A stretch of DNA of 63,523 nucleotides, counting the filler. It is 5 parts of 5 records of this genome, joined end to end, with 100 filler letters (N's around TTAATTAATTAA, not from the genome) between each part and the next. Parts side by side here need not be neighbours in the genome. Positions count along the whole stretch, not along the records: positions 5,166 to 10,910 come from SRR31156797_9360; positions 11,011 to 30,373 come from SRR31156797_9362; 3 more parts are not named here. One strand, written 5' to 3'. The notes beneath the pieces were generated by a model, which did not search any database, was not told where the DNA came from, and saw only the letters and a list, made by a program, of their open reading frames with translations. Within the stretch, counting starts at the first letter, position 1; every line of letters begins with the position of its first letter. Positions 10,499-20,865 of this stretch are shown here, in pieces. A program made the translations under genes and the position numbers.

Positions 10499-10532
10499 AA
10501 AGCCCGCTGATGCTATACATCGGCGGGCTTTT
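10499..10532. terminator. Intrinsic terminator, probably of the DUF3360-like gene
   Basis: AAAGCCCGCTGATG / CATCGGCGGGCTTT stem with A/T tails. Confidence 0.7.
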
Positions 10533-10568
10533 CAAATGGCTGCCGTGAATCAGGCGGCAGTAAGTTTT

Positions 10569-10910
10569 TTAGAACATGCCGGGTATCCCGGGAAGCTGGC
10601 CCACCAGCCCAAGGGCAATGGTACAGACGAGGAACATGAAGCCCGGGATGATAAGTTTTTCATTCCAGGTGAGCGATTTGGCCCGCTCTCTATCACCGAT
10701 GAGCCCCAGGTTGTCCAGGAGCATAGCAGCGGACCAGCCAAACACCGGATTTACAAACGCGCAGGCGAAAATACAGGTTCCGGCGCTCTGGGACTCCTTA
10801 TGGTTGTTAACCATCTGCATTCCTGCTTCAAGCAACGGCAGGAATACGCCGACAATAAGCGCCACCCGCAGAACAGGTTGCCACATGGCAAGGTCCATGG
10901 GGTAGCCGAG
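10569..10910 (-). CDS. DUF3360-like membrane protein, 5'-truncated
   Basis: GYPMDLA.W.PVLRVALIVGVFLPLLEAGMQM and NPVFGW; frame open to the spacer. Confidence 0.7.
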   Translation of the reverse strand, partial: LGYPMDLAMWQPVLRVALIVGVFLPLLEAGMQMVNNHKESQSAGTCIFACAFVNPVFGWSAAMLLDNLGLIGDRERAKSLTWNEKLIIPGFMFLVCTIALGLVGQLPGIPGMF

Positions 10911-11010
10911 NNNNNNNNNNNNNNNNNNNNNNNNNNNNNNNNNNNNNNNNNNNNTTAATTAATTAANNNNNNNNNNNNNNNNNNNNNNNNNNNNNNNNNN
11001 NNNNNNNNNN
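10911..11010. other. Artificial contig-joining spacer
   Basis: N-run + TTAATTAATTAA + N-run. Confidence 0.98.
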
Positions 11011-11011
11011 T

Positions 11012-11644
11012 AATTATGCCGATTTAATTGTAATGAGACATCCCTTGGAAGGGAGTGCACGTTATGCATCAGAGCAATCGAGTGTACCTATTGTTAATGC
11101 AGGTGATGGTGCTAATCAGCATCCTACCCAAACACTGCTGGATTTATATTCTATCCAAAAAACACAAGGAACGCTGGAGAACCTGAATATTTTTATGGTA
11201 GGCGATTTAAAGTATGGCCGAACGGTACACTCTTTATTACAGGCGATGTCACATTTTAATCCTGTATTTAATTTTATCTCACCTGAAGAACTTCGCATGC
11301 CTGAAGAATATAAATTGTGGCTGGATTCAAAAGGAATTAAGTATTATGAGCATTCCGAGTTTACAGATATTCTTTCAAGAGCCGATATTTTATATATGAC
11401 AAGGGTTCAGCGGGAAAGATTTGTTGATCCGATTGAATATGAAAAGGTAAAGAATGTGTATATCCTTAAAAATAGTATGCTGGCGAATACTAAGGATAAC
11501 CTTAAGATATTGCATCCTCTACCAAGGGTAAATGAAATACATACGGATGTAGATAGTAATCCGAAAGCCTACTATTTTCAGCAGGCAGAAAATGGAGTTT
11601 ATGCAAGAATGGCTATAATGGCCATGATTTTAGGTTTGGTTTAG
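11012..11644 (+). CDS. pyrB: Aspartate carbamoyltransferase catalytic subunit, 5'-truncated
   Basis: [27 protein letters not shown] motifs. Confidence 0.97.
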   Translation, partial: NYADLIVMRHPLEGSARYASEQSSVPIVNAGDGANQHPTQTLLDLYSIQKTQGTLENLNIFMVGDLKYGRTVHSLLQAMSHFNPVFNFISPEELRMPEEYKLWLDSKGIKYYEHSEFTDILSRADILYMTRVQRERFVDPIEYEKVKNVYILKNSMLANTKDNLKILHPLPRVNEIHTDVDSNPKAYYFQQAENGVYARMAIMAMILGLV

Positions 11645-11658
11645 GAAAATAGAATACA

Positions 11659-12117
11659 ATGAGTAAAAAGAAAGAGTTAAGCGTAAGTGCTATTCAGGAA
11701 GGAACAGTGATTGATCATATACCAGCGGATCATTTATTTAAGGTTATTAGTATTTTAGGACTTGATCATTGCAAAAACCTGATTACTTTTGGAACCAATT
11801 TAGGTAGTAATCGATTTGGCAAAAAGGCCATCATCAAAGTTGCCGACAAGTTTTTTGAAAATAATGACTTAAACCGTATTGCTTTAATTGCTCCGGAGGC
11901 TCGCCTAAATATAATTAAGGATTACGAGGTGGTTGAAAAAAAAGTGGTTTCAATTCCGGAAGAAATAGTTGGGATTGCTAAATGTTTTAATCCAAAATGT
12001 ATTACAAATAACGAAAATATTACAACGAGATTTTATCTGGTTGATAAACAGGATATAGCATTAAAATGCCATTATTGTGAAAAGATAACTACCAACGATC
12101 ATCTTGAAATTTTGTAG
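11659..12117 (+). CDS. pyrI: Aspartate carbamoyltransferase regulatory subunit
   Basis: GTVIDHI motif; C.NP.CI and C.YCEK zinc ligands; follows pyrB. Confidence 0.96.
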   Translation: MSKKKELSVSAIQEGTVIDHIPADHLFKVISILGLDHCKNLITFGTNLGSNRFGKKAIIKVADKFFENNDLNRIALIAPEARLNIIKDYEVVEKKVVSIPEEIVGIAKCFNPKCITNNENITTRFYLVDKQDIALKCHYCEKITTNDHLEIL

Positions 12118-12120
12118 TAT

Positions 12121-12723
12121 ATGTCGAAAATTGATTGGAAACCGGGAAATATGGTTTATCCTTTACCTGCTGTAATGGTAACGGTAGGCGATTGTCCTGA
12201 AAATTATAATATAATTACCATTGCATGGACAGGAACAATTTGTTCAGATCCACCAATGTGTTATATCTCAGTACGAAAAGGAAGACATTCTTATCCTATT
12301 TTAAAAGAAACCGGAGAATTTGTAATTAATCTTACTACAAAAGATTTAGCCTATGCTACAGATTGGTGTGGTGTGCGCTCTGGCAGACAATATGATAAGT
12401 TTAAAGAAATGAAACTAACTCCGGGTAAGGCATCTGTAGTTAAGGCGCCTATCATTGAAGAGTCTCCGGTAAATATAGAGTGTAAGGTCACACAGGTGAT
12501 TGAATTGGGAACTCATGATATGTTTATGGCTGAGGTTGTAAATGTGAAAGCTGATGAAAAGTATATGGATTCAGCAACAGGAGCTTTTTCTTTGTCTAAA
12601 GCTAAACCAATTTGTTACTCGCATGGGAATTACTACGAGGTAGGTAAAAAGTTGGGAAAATTCGGATATGCAGTTGAAAAGAAGAAGAAGCGAAATACAG
12701 TTCCTAAAATGAAGAAAAAGTAA
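12121..12723 (+). CDS. Flavin reductase-like family protein
   Basis: YPLPAVMV, EFVINL and LGTHDMF motifs. Confidence 0.9.
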   Translation: MSKIDWKPGNMVYPLPAVMVTVGDCPENYNIITIAWTGTICSDPPMCYISVRKGRHSYPILKETGEFVINLTTKDLAYATDWCGVRSGRQYDKFKEMKLTPGKASVVKAPIIEESPVNIECKVTQVIELGTHDMFMAEVVNVKADEKYMDSATGAFSLSKAKPICYSHGNYYEVGKKLGKFGYAVEKKKKRNTVPKMKKK

Positions 12724-12766
12724 ATATTCAATGAGTTTTTTGAATAGTTTATAAGACAAATAAATA

Positions 12767-13345
12767 ATGAGTATAGAAAAAGATTTAATTGCCAGAAGTG
12801 GTTCCGTTTGCGAGCTATGTGGATCTGATCAGGGTTTAGCGGTTTATGAGGTTCCTTCTTCACCGGTTGAAGGAGCGGAAGCTAGTATTTATATTTGTTC
12901 AACTTGTAAAGTTCAAATAGAAGATCAGGATAAAGCAGAGCCAAACCATTGGCGATGTTTAAATGATAGTATGTGGAGTACAGTGCCAGCCGTTCAGGTA
13001 ATGGCCTGGAGAATGTTAAACAGACTTAAGTCTGAAGGTTGGCCACAAGATTTACTTGATATGCTTTATCTGGATGAAGAAACTCAGCAATGGGCAGAAG
13101 CAGCAGGAGACGGAGAGAGTGATGAAGATAAAGTGGTGCACATGGATTCGAATGGGGCACAGCTTCATGCAGGAGATACTGTGGTGTTGATAAAAGATTT
13201 AAATGTAAAAGGGGGTGGTTTTACTGCAAAAAGAGGAACTGCAGTAAGAGGTATTAGCCTGGTTCATGATAATCCGGAGCATATTGAAGGAAAGGTAAAT
13301 GGACAACAAATCGTAATTTTAACGAAATACGTAAAAAAGAACTAA
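12767..13345 (+). CDS. PhnA/YjdM zinc-ribbon domain protein
   Basis: CELC, HWRCL.DSMWS, DSNG..L..GDTV..IKDL motifs. Confidence 0.88.
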   Translation: MSIEKDLIARSGSVCELCGSDQGLAVYEVPSSPVEGAEASIYICSTCKVQIEDQDKAEPNHWRCLNDSMWSTVPAVQVMAWRMLNRLKSEGWPQDLLDMLYLDEETQQWAEAAGDGESDEDKVVHMDSNGAQLHAGDTVVLIKDLNVKGGGFTAKRGTAVRGISLVHDNPEHIEGKVNGQQIVILTKYVKKN

Positions 13346-13371
13346 CAAACAGTTTTTGAGCTTTTTTTATA

Positions 13372-13398
13372 GGGTGATTTAACGATCACCCTTTTTTT
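13372..13398 (+). terminator. Intrinsic terminator
   Basis: AGGGTGAT...ATCACCCT stem followed by a T-run. Confidence 0.75.
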
Positions 13399-13430
13399 AT
13401 TAATACAATACCTGAACATTATCATGTTTT

Positions 13431-14774
13431 TTGCGTAATCAAAATTACTACTTGAAAATGAAGGGAAAGATAAATATGGCTGCGGAGGATACTAAACTGA
13501 ATAAAGATTTTAAATTTTACGTCCAAAAATTAGTTGTATTTGGAAAGCATAAGCGATCGTTACATGACCTGGTTCTTATTTATACATTTTTCGCAGTTAT
13601 TTTCTTAATCCAAATTTCCAGCTTAATTAATCGATTAGTAGGTGTAGAAGGCTCTATTTTTATCTTTGATATTATAGTAACTGCTTTTTTTATTATCGTG
13701 TATTTAGTTGCAAACTATTTAAAAGATTTAAAATATCTCCGGATAGGATTTGTAATTGGAGCTCTTTTGGCCATAAACGCACTATGGTTTCTTACGGAAG
13801 GCAGTTCAGGACCAAGTCTTTTTTTAATAGCAGCCTTTGTTACTTTACAGGTTTTTATATCTGTAGGAAAGGAATTTATCTATGTGTTCATTCTTACTAT
13901 TGTTAATGTTCTGTTTCTTTTCATTGCTGAGTATTTTTATTACGATCGTATTGTAGCATATACAGACGTAAAGATAAGGCAATTAGATACTTTGTCAGTT
14001 GTTTTGCTTTTGTTTGCTTTGGAAATACCAATATTAATCTATGCTCGTAAAATCCTTTATAAAGAAAGGGATGATGCTATGGAAACGGCAGAACAAAAAG
14101 CAGAGGTGTTGGCAAATATGAGCCACGAGATACGTACTCCTATGAATGCAATTATAGGTTTTACAGAATTATTATCTGATCCTCAAATAGAAAAACATGA
14201 GAGTCATACTTACTTACAAATTGTTAATCAGAATTCCAGAACACTTATGAATTTACTTAACAATGTGATCAATATGGAGAAAATAAATTCAGGTAGTACA
14301 AAAGTGTATTATTCGAATTGTGACATTCATAGATTTTTGGATTATGTGGTTGAAACATTAAAGACCCTACAAAACAATCCTTCAGTTATAGTGAAAGCAG
14401 TGTATTCTGATCATGATAATTTAGTAATTAAAACTGATGAGAACTTATTGTTTCAAATAATGGTAAATATTGGATATAATGCAGTTAAATTTACTCACCA
14501 GGGTTCTATTAATTTAGGTGTTGAAGATCATTTAAATCATGTTGTTTTGTATGTGAAGGATACTGGTAGTGGTATTTCAAAAGAGCAGCAATCCATAATT
14601 TTTGATCGCTTTCAACAGGCGGAAAATAATATTGCCATTAAAGCAAACAAATGTAATGGAGCAGGTTTGGGTTTGTCTATTTCAAAGGGTCTTACAGGTT
14701 TGTTAAAGGGGAGAATTTGGTTTACCTCGAAAGAAAACGAAGGAACAACGTTTTATGTAAAGATTCCTAAATAG
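13431..14774 (+). CDS. Membrane-bound sensor histidine kinase
   Basis: Multiple TM helices; SHEIRTPMNAI H-box, NAVKFT, DTGSGI, GAGLGL; exact start uncertain. Confidence 0.92.
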   Translation: MRNQNYYLKMKGKINMAAEDTKLNKDFKFYVQKLVVFGKHKRSLHDLVLIYTFFAVIFLIQISSLINRLVGVEGSIFIFDIIVTAFFIIVYLVANYLKDLKYLRIGFVIGALLAINALWFLTEGSSGPSLFLIAAFVTLQVFISVGKEFIYVFILTIVNVLFLFIAEYFYYDRIVAYTDVKIRQLDTLSVVLLLFALEIPILIYARKILYKERDDAMETAEQKAEVLANMSHEIRTPMNAIIGFTELLSDPQIEKHESHTYLQIVNQNSRTLMNLLNNVINMEKINSGSTKVYYSNCDIHRFLDYVVETLKTLQNNPSVIVKAVYSDHDNLVIKTDENLLFQIMVNIGYNAVKFTHQGSINLGVEDHLNHVVLYVKDTGSGISKEQQSIIFDRFQQAENNIAIKANKCNGAGLGLSISKGLTGLLKGRIWFTSKENEGTTFYVKIPK

Positions 14775-14853
14775 AATAATATAAAATTAGGAATCACATT
14801 TTTTACTGGATTGTTTGTTTTGAAATCGAAGAGAAAGAGTCCTTTCTCGGTAT

Positions 14854-15198
14854 TTATCCTCCAGATTTCTTAGCCTTGTATCCGGCTTTTATTAATAGGT
14901 CTAAAATTTTATCACGGAAATCACCTTGTATTAATATCTCTCCATTTTTAACAGAACCACCAACACCACATTTTGATTTCAATTCTTTTCCCAGGTCTTT
15001 TAAATCCGTTTCCTCGCCAATAAAACCGGTAATTAAGGTAACAGCTTTGCCTTTACGTTGCTTTTTGTCAAGCATTACTCTTAAACTCTGTTGCTGTGGA
15101 GGAAGTGTTTCTTCTGCAGACTCATCATTATAATTGTATTCGTAGTTATTATTTGTTGAATAAACAATACCATCTCGCTGTTTCCGGTTCTTTGCCAT
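14854..15198 (-). CDS. yciH: Translation initiation factor SUI1/YciH family
   Basis: RKGK.VT.I.GF, LK..CG.GGSVK.GEI.IQGD. Confidence 0.92.
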   Translation of the reverse strand: MAKNRKQRDGIVYSTNNNYEYNYNDESAEETLPPQQQSLRVMLDKKQRKGKAVTLITGFIGEETDLKDLGKELKSKCGVGGSVKNGEILIQGDFRDKILDLLIKAGYKAKKSGG

Positions 15199-15412
15199 GT
15201 TGTCTTATTTTGACACAAAAATATCATTTTATTATTGAATAGCGTAATATTTCAAATACGTCTAAGATATAATTTCAAACGTATGAAAATTGTCATACTT
15301 TTGTGCAGCATTTTAAAATTTATGTCAAAATAAGTCATTAAATTGCGCACTTTTTGAATTTTACGTTGAGAATTGATATTGTAAACACAAATATATTTAG
15401 CTGAAAAGTTTA

Positions 15413-16255
15413 ATGTATAAAATTGTAGATAAAACGTTTTTCTCGGAAAACGTGGTGAGATTAGAAATTGAAGCACCAAGAATAGCCAAAGCCAGAAGAG
15501 CAGGTCATTTTGTAATTGTAAAAATTGGCGAAAAAGGTGAACGATTTCCTTTAACTATAGCAGGAGCGGATAGAAATAAAGGAACGATAACTTTGGTTGT
15601 TCAAAAAGTAGGGGTGTCTTCACGAAAGTTAGTAGCACTTGAAGTTGGTGACAGTATTACTGATTTAGTAGGGCCATTAGGACAGGCTACCCACATCGAA
15701 AAGAAAGGAACAATCCTGGCTTGTGGTGGAGGTGTAGGTGTTGCGCCTTTATTGCCTATTGTAGAAGCTTATAAAAAAGCTGGTAATAGGGTAATTACAG
15801 TAATTGCTGCCAGAACTAAAGACTTAATCATACTGGAAGATCAGATCAAAGAATTTTCTGATGAATTAATCATCATGACTGATGATGGATCATATGGTCA
15901 AAAAGGATTAATTACAGAAGGAATGGAAGCTGCAATTGCCAAAGAAAACATTGACGAGGCTATGATTATCGGTCCGGCAGTGATGATGAAGTTTGCATCC
16001 TTAACAACCAAGAAATATAATATTCCAACATTAGCAAGTTTAAATACCATTATGGTTGATGGTACCGGAATGTGCGGAGCATGTAGGATTACAGTTGCAG
16101 GTAAAACAAAATTTGTTTGCGTAGATGGTCCCGAGTTTAATGCACATGAAGTGGATTTTGACGAAATGTTGCTACGTTTAAATGGTTACAAAGACATTGA
16201 GAAGAAAGCAGAAAGTAACTATTTGAAAGAGCACAAAAACAAATGTGAAGAATAA
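15413..16255 (+). CDS. nfnA: Electron-bifurcating transhydrogenase subunit NfnA/SudB-like
   Basis: GERFPLTIA, GPLG, GGGVG, MVDGTGMCGACR...CVDGPEF; paired with the NfnB-like gene. Confidence 0.88.
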   Translation: MYKIVDKTFFSENVVRLEIEAPRIAKARRAGHFVIVKIGEKGERFPLTIAGADRNKGTITLVVQKVGVSSRKLVALEVGDSITDLVGPLGQATHIEKKGTILACGGGVGVAPLLPIVEAYKKAGNRVITVIAARTKDLIILEDQIKEFSDELIIMTDDGSYGQKGLITEGMEAAIAKENIDEAMIIGPAVMMKFASLTTKKYNIPTLASLNTIMVDGTGMCGACRITVAGKTKFVCVDGPEFNAHEVDFDEMLLRLNGYKDIEKKAESNYLKEHKNKCEE

Positions 16256-16290
16256 ACTTGTTAATATATATTGTAGCGAAATAATACTCC

Positions 16291-17766
16291 ATGAACGAAG
16301 ATAGAGATAGCTATTTGAAGGCGGAGCGCAGCCAATCATGGCGCGAAGAACTTAGGCAAAAGATAAAGAATAAGGCGCGTACAGAACAAGTTCGTGTTAA
16401 AATGAATGAAGCAGATGCCAAGGAGCGCATTCATTCTTATGTTGAAGTTAATTCCGGATTAACAATGGAGCAGGCACAGAAAGAGGCCAGCCGTTGTATT
16501 GATTGCGCCAACCCTACATGTATTACAGGTTGTCCGGTCGAAATTAATATTCCAAAGTTTATAAAGCGAATTGAGCAGGGCGAAGTGCTTGAAGCTGCTA
16601 AGGTGCTAAAGAAAACAAGTGCCTTACCTGCTGTTTGTGGTAGAGTTTGTCCGCAGGAAAAACAATGTGAGGCGAACTGCTTTTATACGCAAAAATTAAA
16701 GAAAGAGCCTGTAGCTATAGGTTACCTTGAACGTTTTGCTGCAGATTATGAAAGAGAGTCTGGACAAGTATCAATTCCTGAAATAAAAGAGAAGAATGGT
16801 ATCAAGGTAGCATGTATTGGCTCTGGTCCTGCAGGATTGACTTTTGCCGGAGAAATGGCTAAACTGGGATATGATGTTACCGTTTTTGAGGCGCTGCATG
16901 AGATTGGAGGAGTTTTAAAATATGGTATTCCTGAGTTTCGATTGCCTAATCATATAGTAGATGTGGAGATTGATGCCTTGCGTCATATGGGAGTTGAGTT
17001 TGAAACCAACTTTATTGTAGGTAAAACAGCAACAATTGAAGATCTGAAAGAAGAAGGTTTTCAGGCATTTTTTGCAGGTAGTGGAGCGGGCTTGCCAAGA
17101 TTTATGGGAATACCCGGAGAAAATTATATAGGTATTTTAAGTTCAAATGAATACCTGACTCGTATTAATCTGATGCATGCTGCAGAGCAGGATACTGATA
17201 CCCCTGTAGTGAGTGGTAAAAGAGTGATGGTGATTGGAGGCGGAAATACAGCTATGGATTCCGTGAGGACAGCTAAACGATTAGGCGCAGATCGTGCTAT
17301 GATTGTTTATCGTAGGAGTATGGAAGAAATGCCCGCACGTGTTGAGGAAATTGAGCATGCTAAAGAAGAGGGTGTAGAGTTTATGACTTTATCTAATCCG
17401 ATAGAATATTTTGCGGATGAAAAAGGTAGAGTTAATAAAGTGAAGATTCAGAAAATGGAGTTAGGTGAACCTGACGCAAGCGGCAGAAGACGTCCGATTC
17501 CGATTGAAGGTTCGGAGGAAATGATTGAAGTGGAAACAGTTGTAGTAAGTGTTGGAGTTTCTCCCAACCCTATTATTCCTGATTCTTTACCTGAGTTGGA
17601 AACATCAAAGTGGGGAACCATTGAAGTGAATGATCATTTGCAATCTTCCATTCCGGATATGTTTGCAGGTGGAGATATAGTACGTGGAGGTGCAACCGTT
17701 ATTTTAGCCATGGGAGATGGGCGAAAAGCGGCACATTCTATGGATGAATATTTAAAAAATAAATAA
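16291..17766 (+). CDS. nfnB: NfnB/SudA-like NADPH-dependent oxidoreductase (glutamate synthase small-chain homolog)
   Basis: RCIDC..P.C..GCP, CGRVCPQE.QCE, GSGPAG, GGGNTAMD, GGDIVRG motifs. Confidence 0.88.
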   Translation: MNEDRDSYLKAERSQSWREELRQKIKNKARTEQVRVKMNEADAKERIHSYVEVNSGLTMEQAQKEASRCIDCANPTCITGCPVEINIPKFIKRIEQGEVLEAAKVLKKTSALPAVCGRVCPQEKQCEANCFYTQKLKKEPVAIGYLERFAADYERESGQVSIPEIKEKNGIKVACIGSGPAGLTFAGEMAKLGYDVTVFEALHEIGGVLKYGIPEFRLPNHIVDVEIDALRHMGVEFETNFIVGKTATIEDLKEEGFQAFFAGSGAGLPRFMGIPGENYIGILSSNEYLTRINLMHAAEQDTDTPVVSGKRVMVIGGGNTAMDSVRTAKRLGADRAMIVYRRSMEEMPARVEEIEHAKEEGVEFMTLSNPIEYFADEKGRVNKVKIQKMELGEPDASGRRRPIPIEGSEEMIEVETVVVSVGVSPNPIIPDSLPELETSKWGTIEVNDHLQSSIPDMFAGGDIVRGGATVILAMGDGRKAAHSMDEYLKNK

Positions 17767-17789
17767 TTCGTTTATTTTTGTCTATTAGT

Positions 17790-18794
17790 ATGAAGATATT
17801 AGAAACGAAATACATGGGTCTTCGTTTGAAGAATCCAATCATTGCAGGTAGTTGTGGATTAACATCTACGGTAGATGGTATAAAAAAATTAGCAGAAAAA
17901 GGAGTCGCTGCTGTCATTTTAAAATCTGTTTTCGAAGAAGAGATTGCAAAAGAGCACGAAGAAACCTTAAAAGATAAGTTAGGCGCATTTGAAAATAACC
18001 TTGAATTTCTGGATTACTTCGATTATCAAATTAAGGATGGCGTTTTAAAGAAAATGGCTTCGGTTATTGAGGAAGCGAAAAAAGAGGTGGATATTCCTAT
18101 TATAGGTAGTTTAAATTGTGCTACTTCAGGAGAATGGATAGCGTATGCGCAGCAATTAGAAAAAGCCGGGGTAGATGCTCTGGAGCTAAATATGTTTAAG
18201 CTTCCGTTTAATGTAGAACAGGAAGCTGGTGAGCAAGAAGAATTATACTTATCTATTCTAGAGAAAGTTAAAAAGTACATTAAGATTCCGGTAGCTATTA
18301 AAATGGCACCGTATTCATCTAATTTAGCGGCTGTTATTAAAAAGCTGGATAATGCGGGTGCAGATGCTATTACTTTATTTAATCGTTTTTATAATGTCGA
18401 TTTTGATATTATGACAGATGAGGTGAAGGCCGGAAATCCTTATTCTTCGGATCAGGATTATTACAATACCTTACGATGGATTTCCATCATGTCAGGAAAA
18501 GTAGATACCGATTTATCTGCAAGTACAGGCGTTCATAATGCAGAAACTGCAATTAAAATGTTAATGGCAGGAGCAACAACTGTGCAGGTGGTGAGTAAGT
18601 TGTATGTAGACGGTATTGATTCTGTTGAGGATATTTTAAAGGGCATTGATGAATGGATGGATAAAAGAGGGTATTTATCTGTCGATGAATTTAGAGGAAG
18701 TGTTCATCATGAACCTAAGGAAAATTCAGAGAGATTTGAAAGAGTGCAGTTTATGCGATATTTTTCTGATTATAAGCCTGACCAGTATTTATAG
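17790..18794 (+). CDS. Dihydroorotate dehydrogenase-like protein
   Basis: LKNPIIAGS, KSVFEE, DALELN, LFNRFY motifs. Confidence 0.85.
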   Translation: MKILETKYMGLRLKNPIIAGSCGLTSTVDGIKKLAEKGVAAVILKSVFEEEIAKEHEETLKDKLGAFENNLEFLDYFDYQIKDGVLKKMASVIEEAKKEVDIPIIGSLNCATSGEWIAYAQQLEKAGVDALELNMFKLPFNVEQEAGEQEELYLSILEKVKKYIKIPVAIKMAPYSSNLAAVIKKLDNAGADAITLFNRFYNVDFDIMTDEVKAGNPYSSDQDYYNTLRWISIMSGKVDTDLSASTGVHNAETAIKMLMAGATTVQVVSKLYVDGIDSVEDILKGIDEWMDKRGYLSVDEFRGSVHHEPKENSERFERVQFMRYFSDYKPDQYL

Positions 18795-18822
18795 AAAAAG
18801 TAAGATTATATTTATATAAATG

Positions 18823-18849
18823 CGACTCTGTAATAGCAGAGTCGTTTTT
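18823..18849 (+). terminator. Intrinsic terminator
   Basis: CGACTCTG / CAGAGTCG stem followed by TTTTT. Confidence 0.7.
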
Positions 18850-18931
18850 GTTTTATATGACTATATAAAGACCTAAAAGAAGGATGTATAAAGTAAGATT
18901 GAGATAAAAGGCTACATTTTAGGATGTAAAA

Positions 18932-18962
18932 TTTGTAGACTGCAATAAAATAACTACTTTTG
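18932..18962 (+). promoter_or_regulatory. Bacteroidota-type -33/-7 promoter of rpsF
   Basis: TTTG (18932) and TACTTTTG (18955-18962, matches TAnnTTTG), 19-nt spacing. Confidence 0.7.
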
Positions 18963-18994
18963 CGCCCGAATTTGTTAATTTAATTAGAAAAATT

Positions 18995-19342
18995 ATGTTG
19001 AATCATTATGAAGCCGTTTTCATTTTGACTCCCGTTTTATCTGATGCTCAGATGAAGGAAGCGGTTGAAAAATTCCGTACTGTAATTACAGAGAACGGAG
19101 GTGAAATGGTAAACGAAGAAAATTGGGGTTTACGTAAACTAGCGTATCCAATTCAAAAGAAATCAACAGGTTTTTATAACTTGTTTGAGTTCAAAGTACA
19201 GCCAGATGCGATTGCCAAGTTAGAGCTTGCTTTTCGTCGTGATGAGCGTATTATCCGCTTTTTAACATTTAGAATGGATAAACATGCTATTGCTTACGGA
19301 GAGAAGAGAAGAAAAACCATTAAAGAAAAAAAGGAGAAATAG
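18995..19342 (+). CDS. rpsF: 30S ribosomal protein bS6
   Basis: YE..FIL.P, WG.RKLAYPI motifs. Confidence 0.98.
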   Translation: MLNHYEAVFILTPVLSDAQMKEAVEKFRTVITENGGEMVNEENWGLRKLAYPIQKKSTGFYNLFEFKVQPDAIAKLELAFRRDERIIRFLTFRMDKHAIAYGEKRRKTIKEKKEK

Positions 19343-19345
19343 GAC

Positions 19346-19615
19346 ATGGCACAAAATCAAAGTGAAATCAGATATTTAACTCCTCCATCGGTTGAGATCA
19401 AAAAGAAAAAGTACTGTCGTTTTAAGAAAAACAAGATCAAGTATGTAGATTACAAAGATCCAGAGTTTCTTAAAAAATTCCTTAACGAACAAGGAAAGAT
19501 TCTTCCTCGTCGTTTAACCGGTACATCATTAAAGTATCAAAGAAAAGTTGCAACTGCTATTAAAAGGGCTCGTCACCTTGCATTGTTGCCTTATGTAACT
19601 GATTTGATGAAATAA
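19346..19615 (+). CDS. rpsR: 30S ribosomal protein bS18
   Basis: [28 protein letters not shown]. Confidence 0.98.
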   Translation: MAQNQSEIRYLTPPSVEIKKKKYCRFKKNKIKYVDYKDPEFLKKFLNEQGKILPRRLTGTSLKYQRKVATAIKRARHLALLPYVTDLMK

Positions 19616-19631
19616 AAAAGGAGGACATAAA

Positions 19632-20078
19632 ATGGAAGTAATATTAAGAGATGATATAGCCAACCTTGGGCATAAAAATGACATTGTTAAGGTTAAGGCT
19701 GGATACGGTAGAAATTACCTTATCCCTCAAGGGCTTGCTGTTTTAGCTACTCCTTCAGCCATCAAAGTGCATGAGGAGAATATGCGTCAAAGAGCTCATA
19801 AAGAAGAGAAAATTAAGAATGATGCGCTTGAAGTAGCTCAAAAAATGGAAGGTCTTTCATTAACTATTGGTGCTAAAACAAGTACAACCGGAAAAATCTT
19901 TGGTTCTGTAAACACTATTCAAATTGCAGAGGCTTTAGACAAGCAAGGTTATGCTGTAGAGCGTAAAAACATTTCTATTAAGGAAGACCAAGTGAAAGAA
20001 ATTGGTAAATACGTAGCAACAATCAAACTTCACAGAGAAGTTAAAGTAGAAGTTAACTTTGAAGTAGTTGCTGAATAA
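19632..20078 (+). CDS. rplI: 50S ribosomal protein bL9
   Basis: VK.GYGRNYLIPQG, KIFGSV, LHREV. Confidence 0.98.
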   Translation: MEVILRDDIANLGHKNDIVKVKAGYGRNYLIPQGLAVLATPSAIKVHEENMRQRAHKEEKIKNDALEVAQKMEGLSLTIGAKTSTTGKIFGSVNTIQIAEALDKQGYAVERKNISIKEDQVKEIGKYVATIKLHREVKVEVNFEVVAE

Positions 20079-20123
20079 TTAGATTTTTTAAAAAATCAAG
20101 ATACATTTTTCAAACAAACAACT

Positions 20124-20156
20124 AAGCCGTTTTGCTTTTGCAGAACGGCTTTTTTA
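20124..20156 (+). terminator. Intrinsic terminator of the rpsF-rpsR-rplI operon
   Basis: AAGCCGTTTTGC / GCAGAACGGCTT stem followed by a T-run. Confidence 0.8.
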
Positions 20157-20233
20157 TTGGAATTAACCGGATATTTAGGGGACAAAAAAAGCCCCAAATA
20201 AATTTGAGGCTCTCTTATTGTTTCTTTTAAGGA

Positions 20234-20635
20234 TTACTTATTTAAGTATTTCGATAAAGTTTCCATTAAAATCTGTAATCGGATTGGCTTAGCCAGATAA
20301 TCATCGCATCCAGCTTCCAAACATTTTTCTCTTTCTCCAGACATTACGTGCGCTGTTTGTGCAATAATAGGTACTTTAATGTCAATCTTCTTGATTTCGC
20401 GTGTTGCAGTGTAACCATCCATCACAGGAAGTTGTAAATCCATTAAAACCAAGTCAATATCATTTTCTTTGTACATATCTATGGCTTCCTGGCCATCTTT
20501 TGCCCAAAGAATTTTTGCATTGGTTTTTCTAAGCGCGGCATCAAAAAAGATTTTATTAGTGTCAACATCTTCAACAACTAAGATTACTTTATCGCCCCAA
20601 TTTTGATTAAGAGAACTGCTTATATTTTCACTCAT
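20234..20635 (-). CDS. Single-domain response regulator
   Basis: VVED, LMDLQLPVMDG, AQTA, KP receiver motifs. Confidence 0.92.
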   Translation of the reverse strand: MSENISSSLNQNWGDKVILVVEDVDTNKIFFDAALRKTNAKILWAKDGQEAIDMYKENDIDLVLMDLQLPVMDGYTATREIKKIDIKVPIIAQTAHVMSGEREKCLEAGCDDYLAKPIRLQILMETLSKYLNK

Positions 20636-20865
20636 AATGCGTCAGACAGCTATCAATTGTTTATATTAATGGAAGCTAAAATAAGCTTTGTTGTGGGATT
20701 TACCAAATAAAACAATTATAAAAGTCATTACTAGATTTAATAATTTTTTTAGTCGAAAATCTTAATTTCCATGGGCAAAGGTACTGCATAATTAAATGAT
20801 TACCCCTAATTTTGAAAGACCTTATCAAACAAGGTATTTTTGTTGACGGAAAAAAGAAGTAGACA

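Noticed and set aside
10258-10510. Short ORFs in the AT-rich intergenic region
   Set aside because: No RBS or domain; mutually overlapping on both strands; likely non-coding.
16291-17766. Glutamate synthase (gltD) call
   Set aside because: No gltB nearby; pairing with the upstream FAD/2Fe-2S subunit indicates NfnAB/SudAB.
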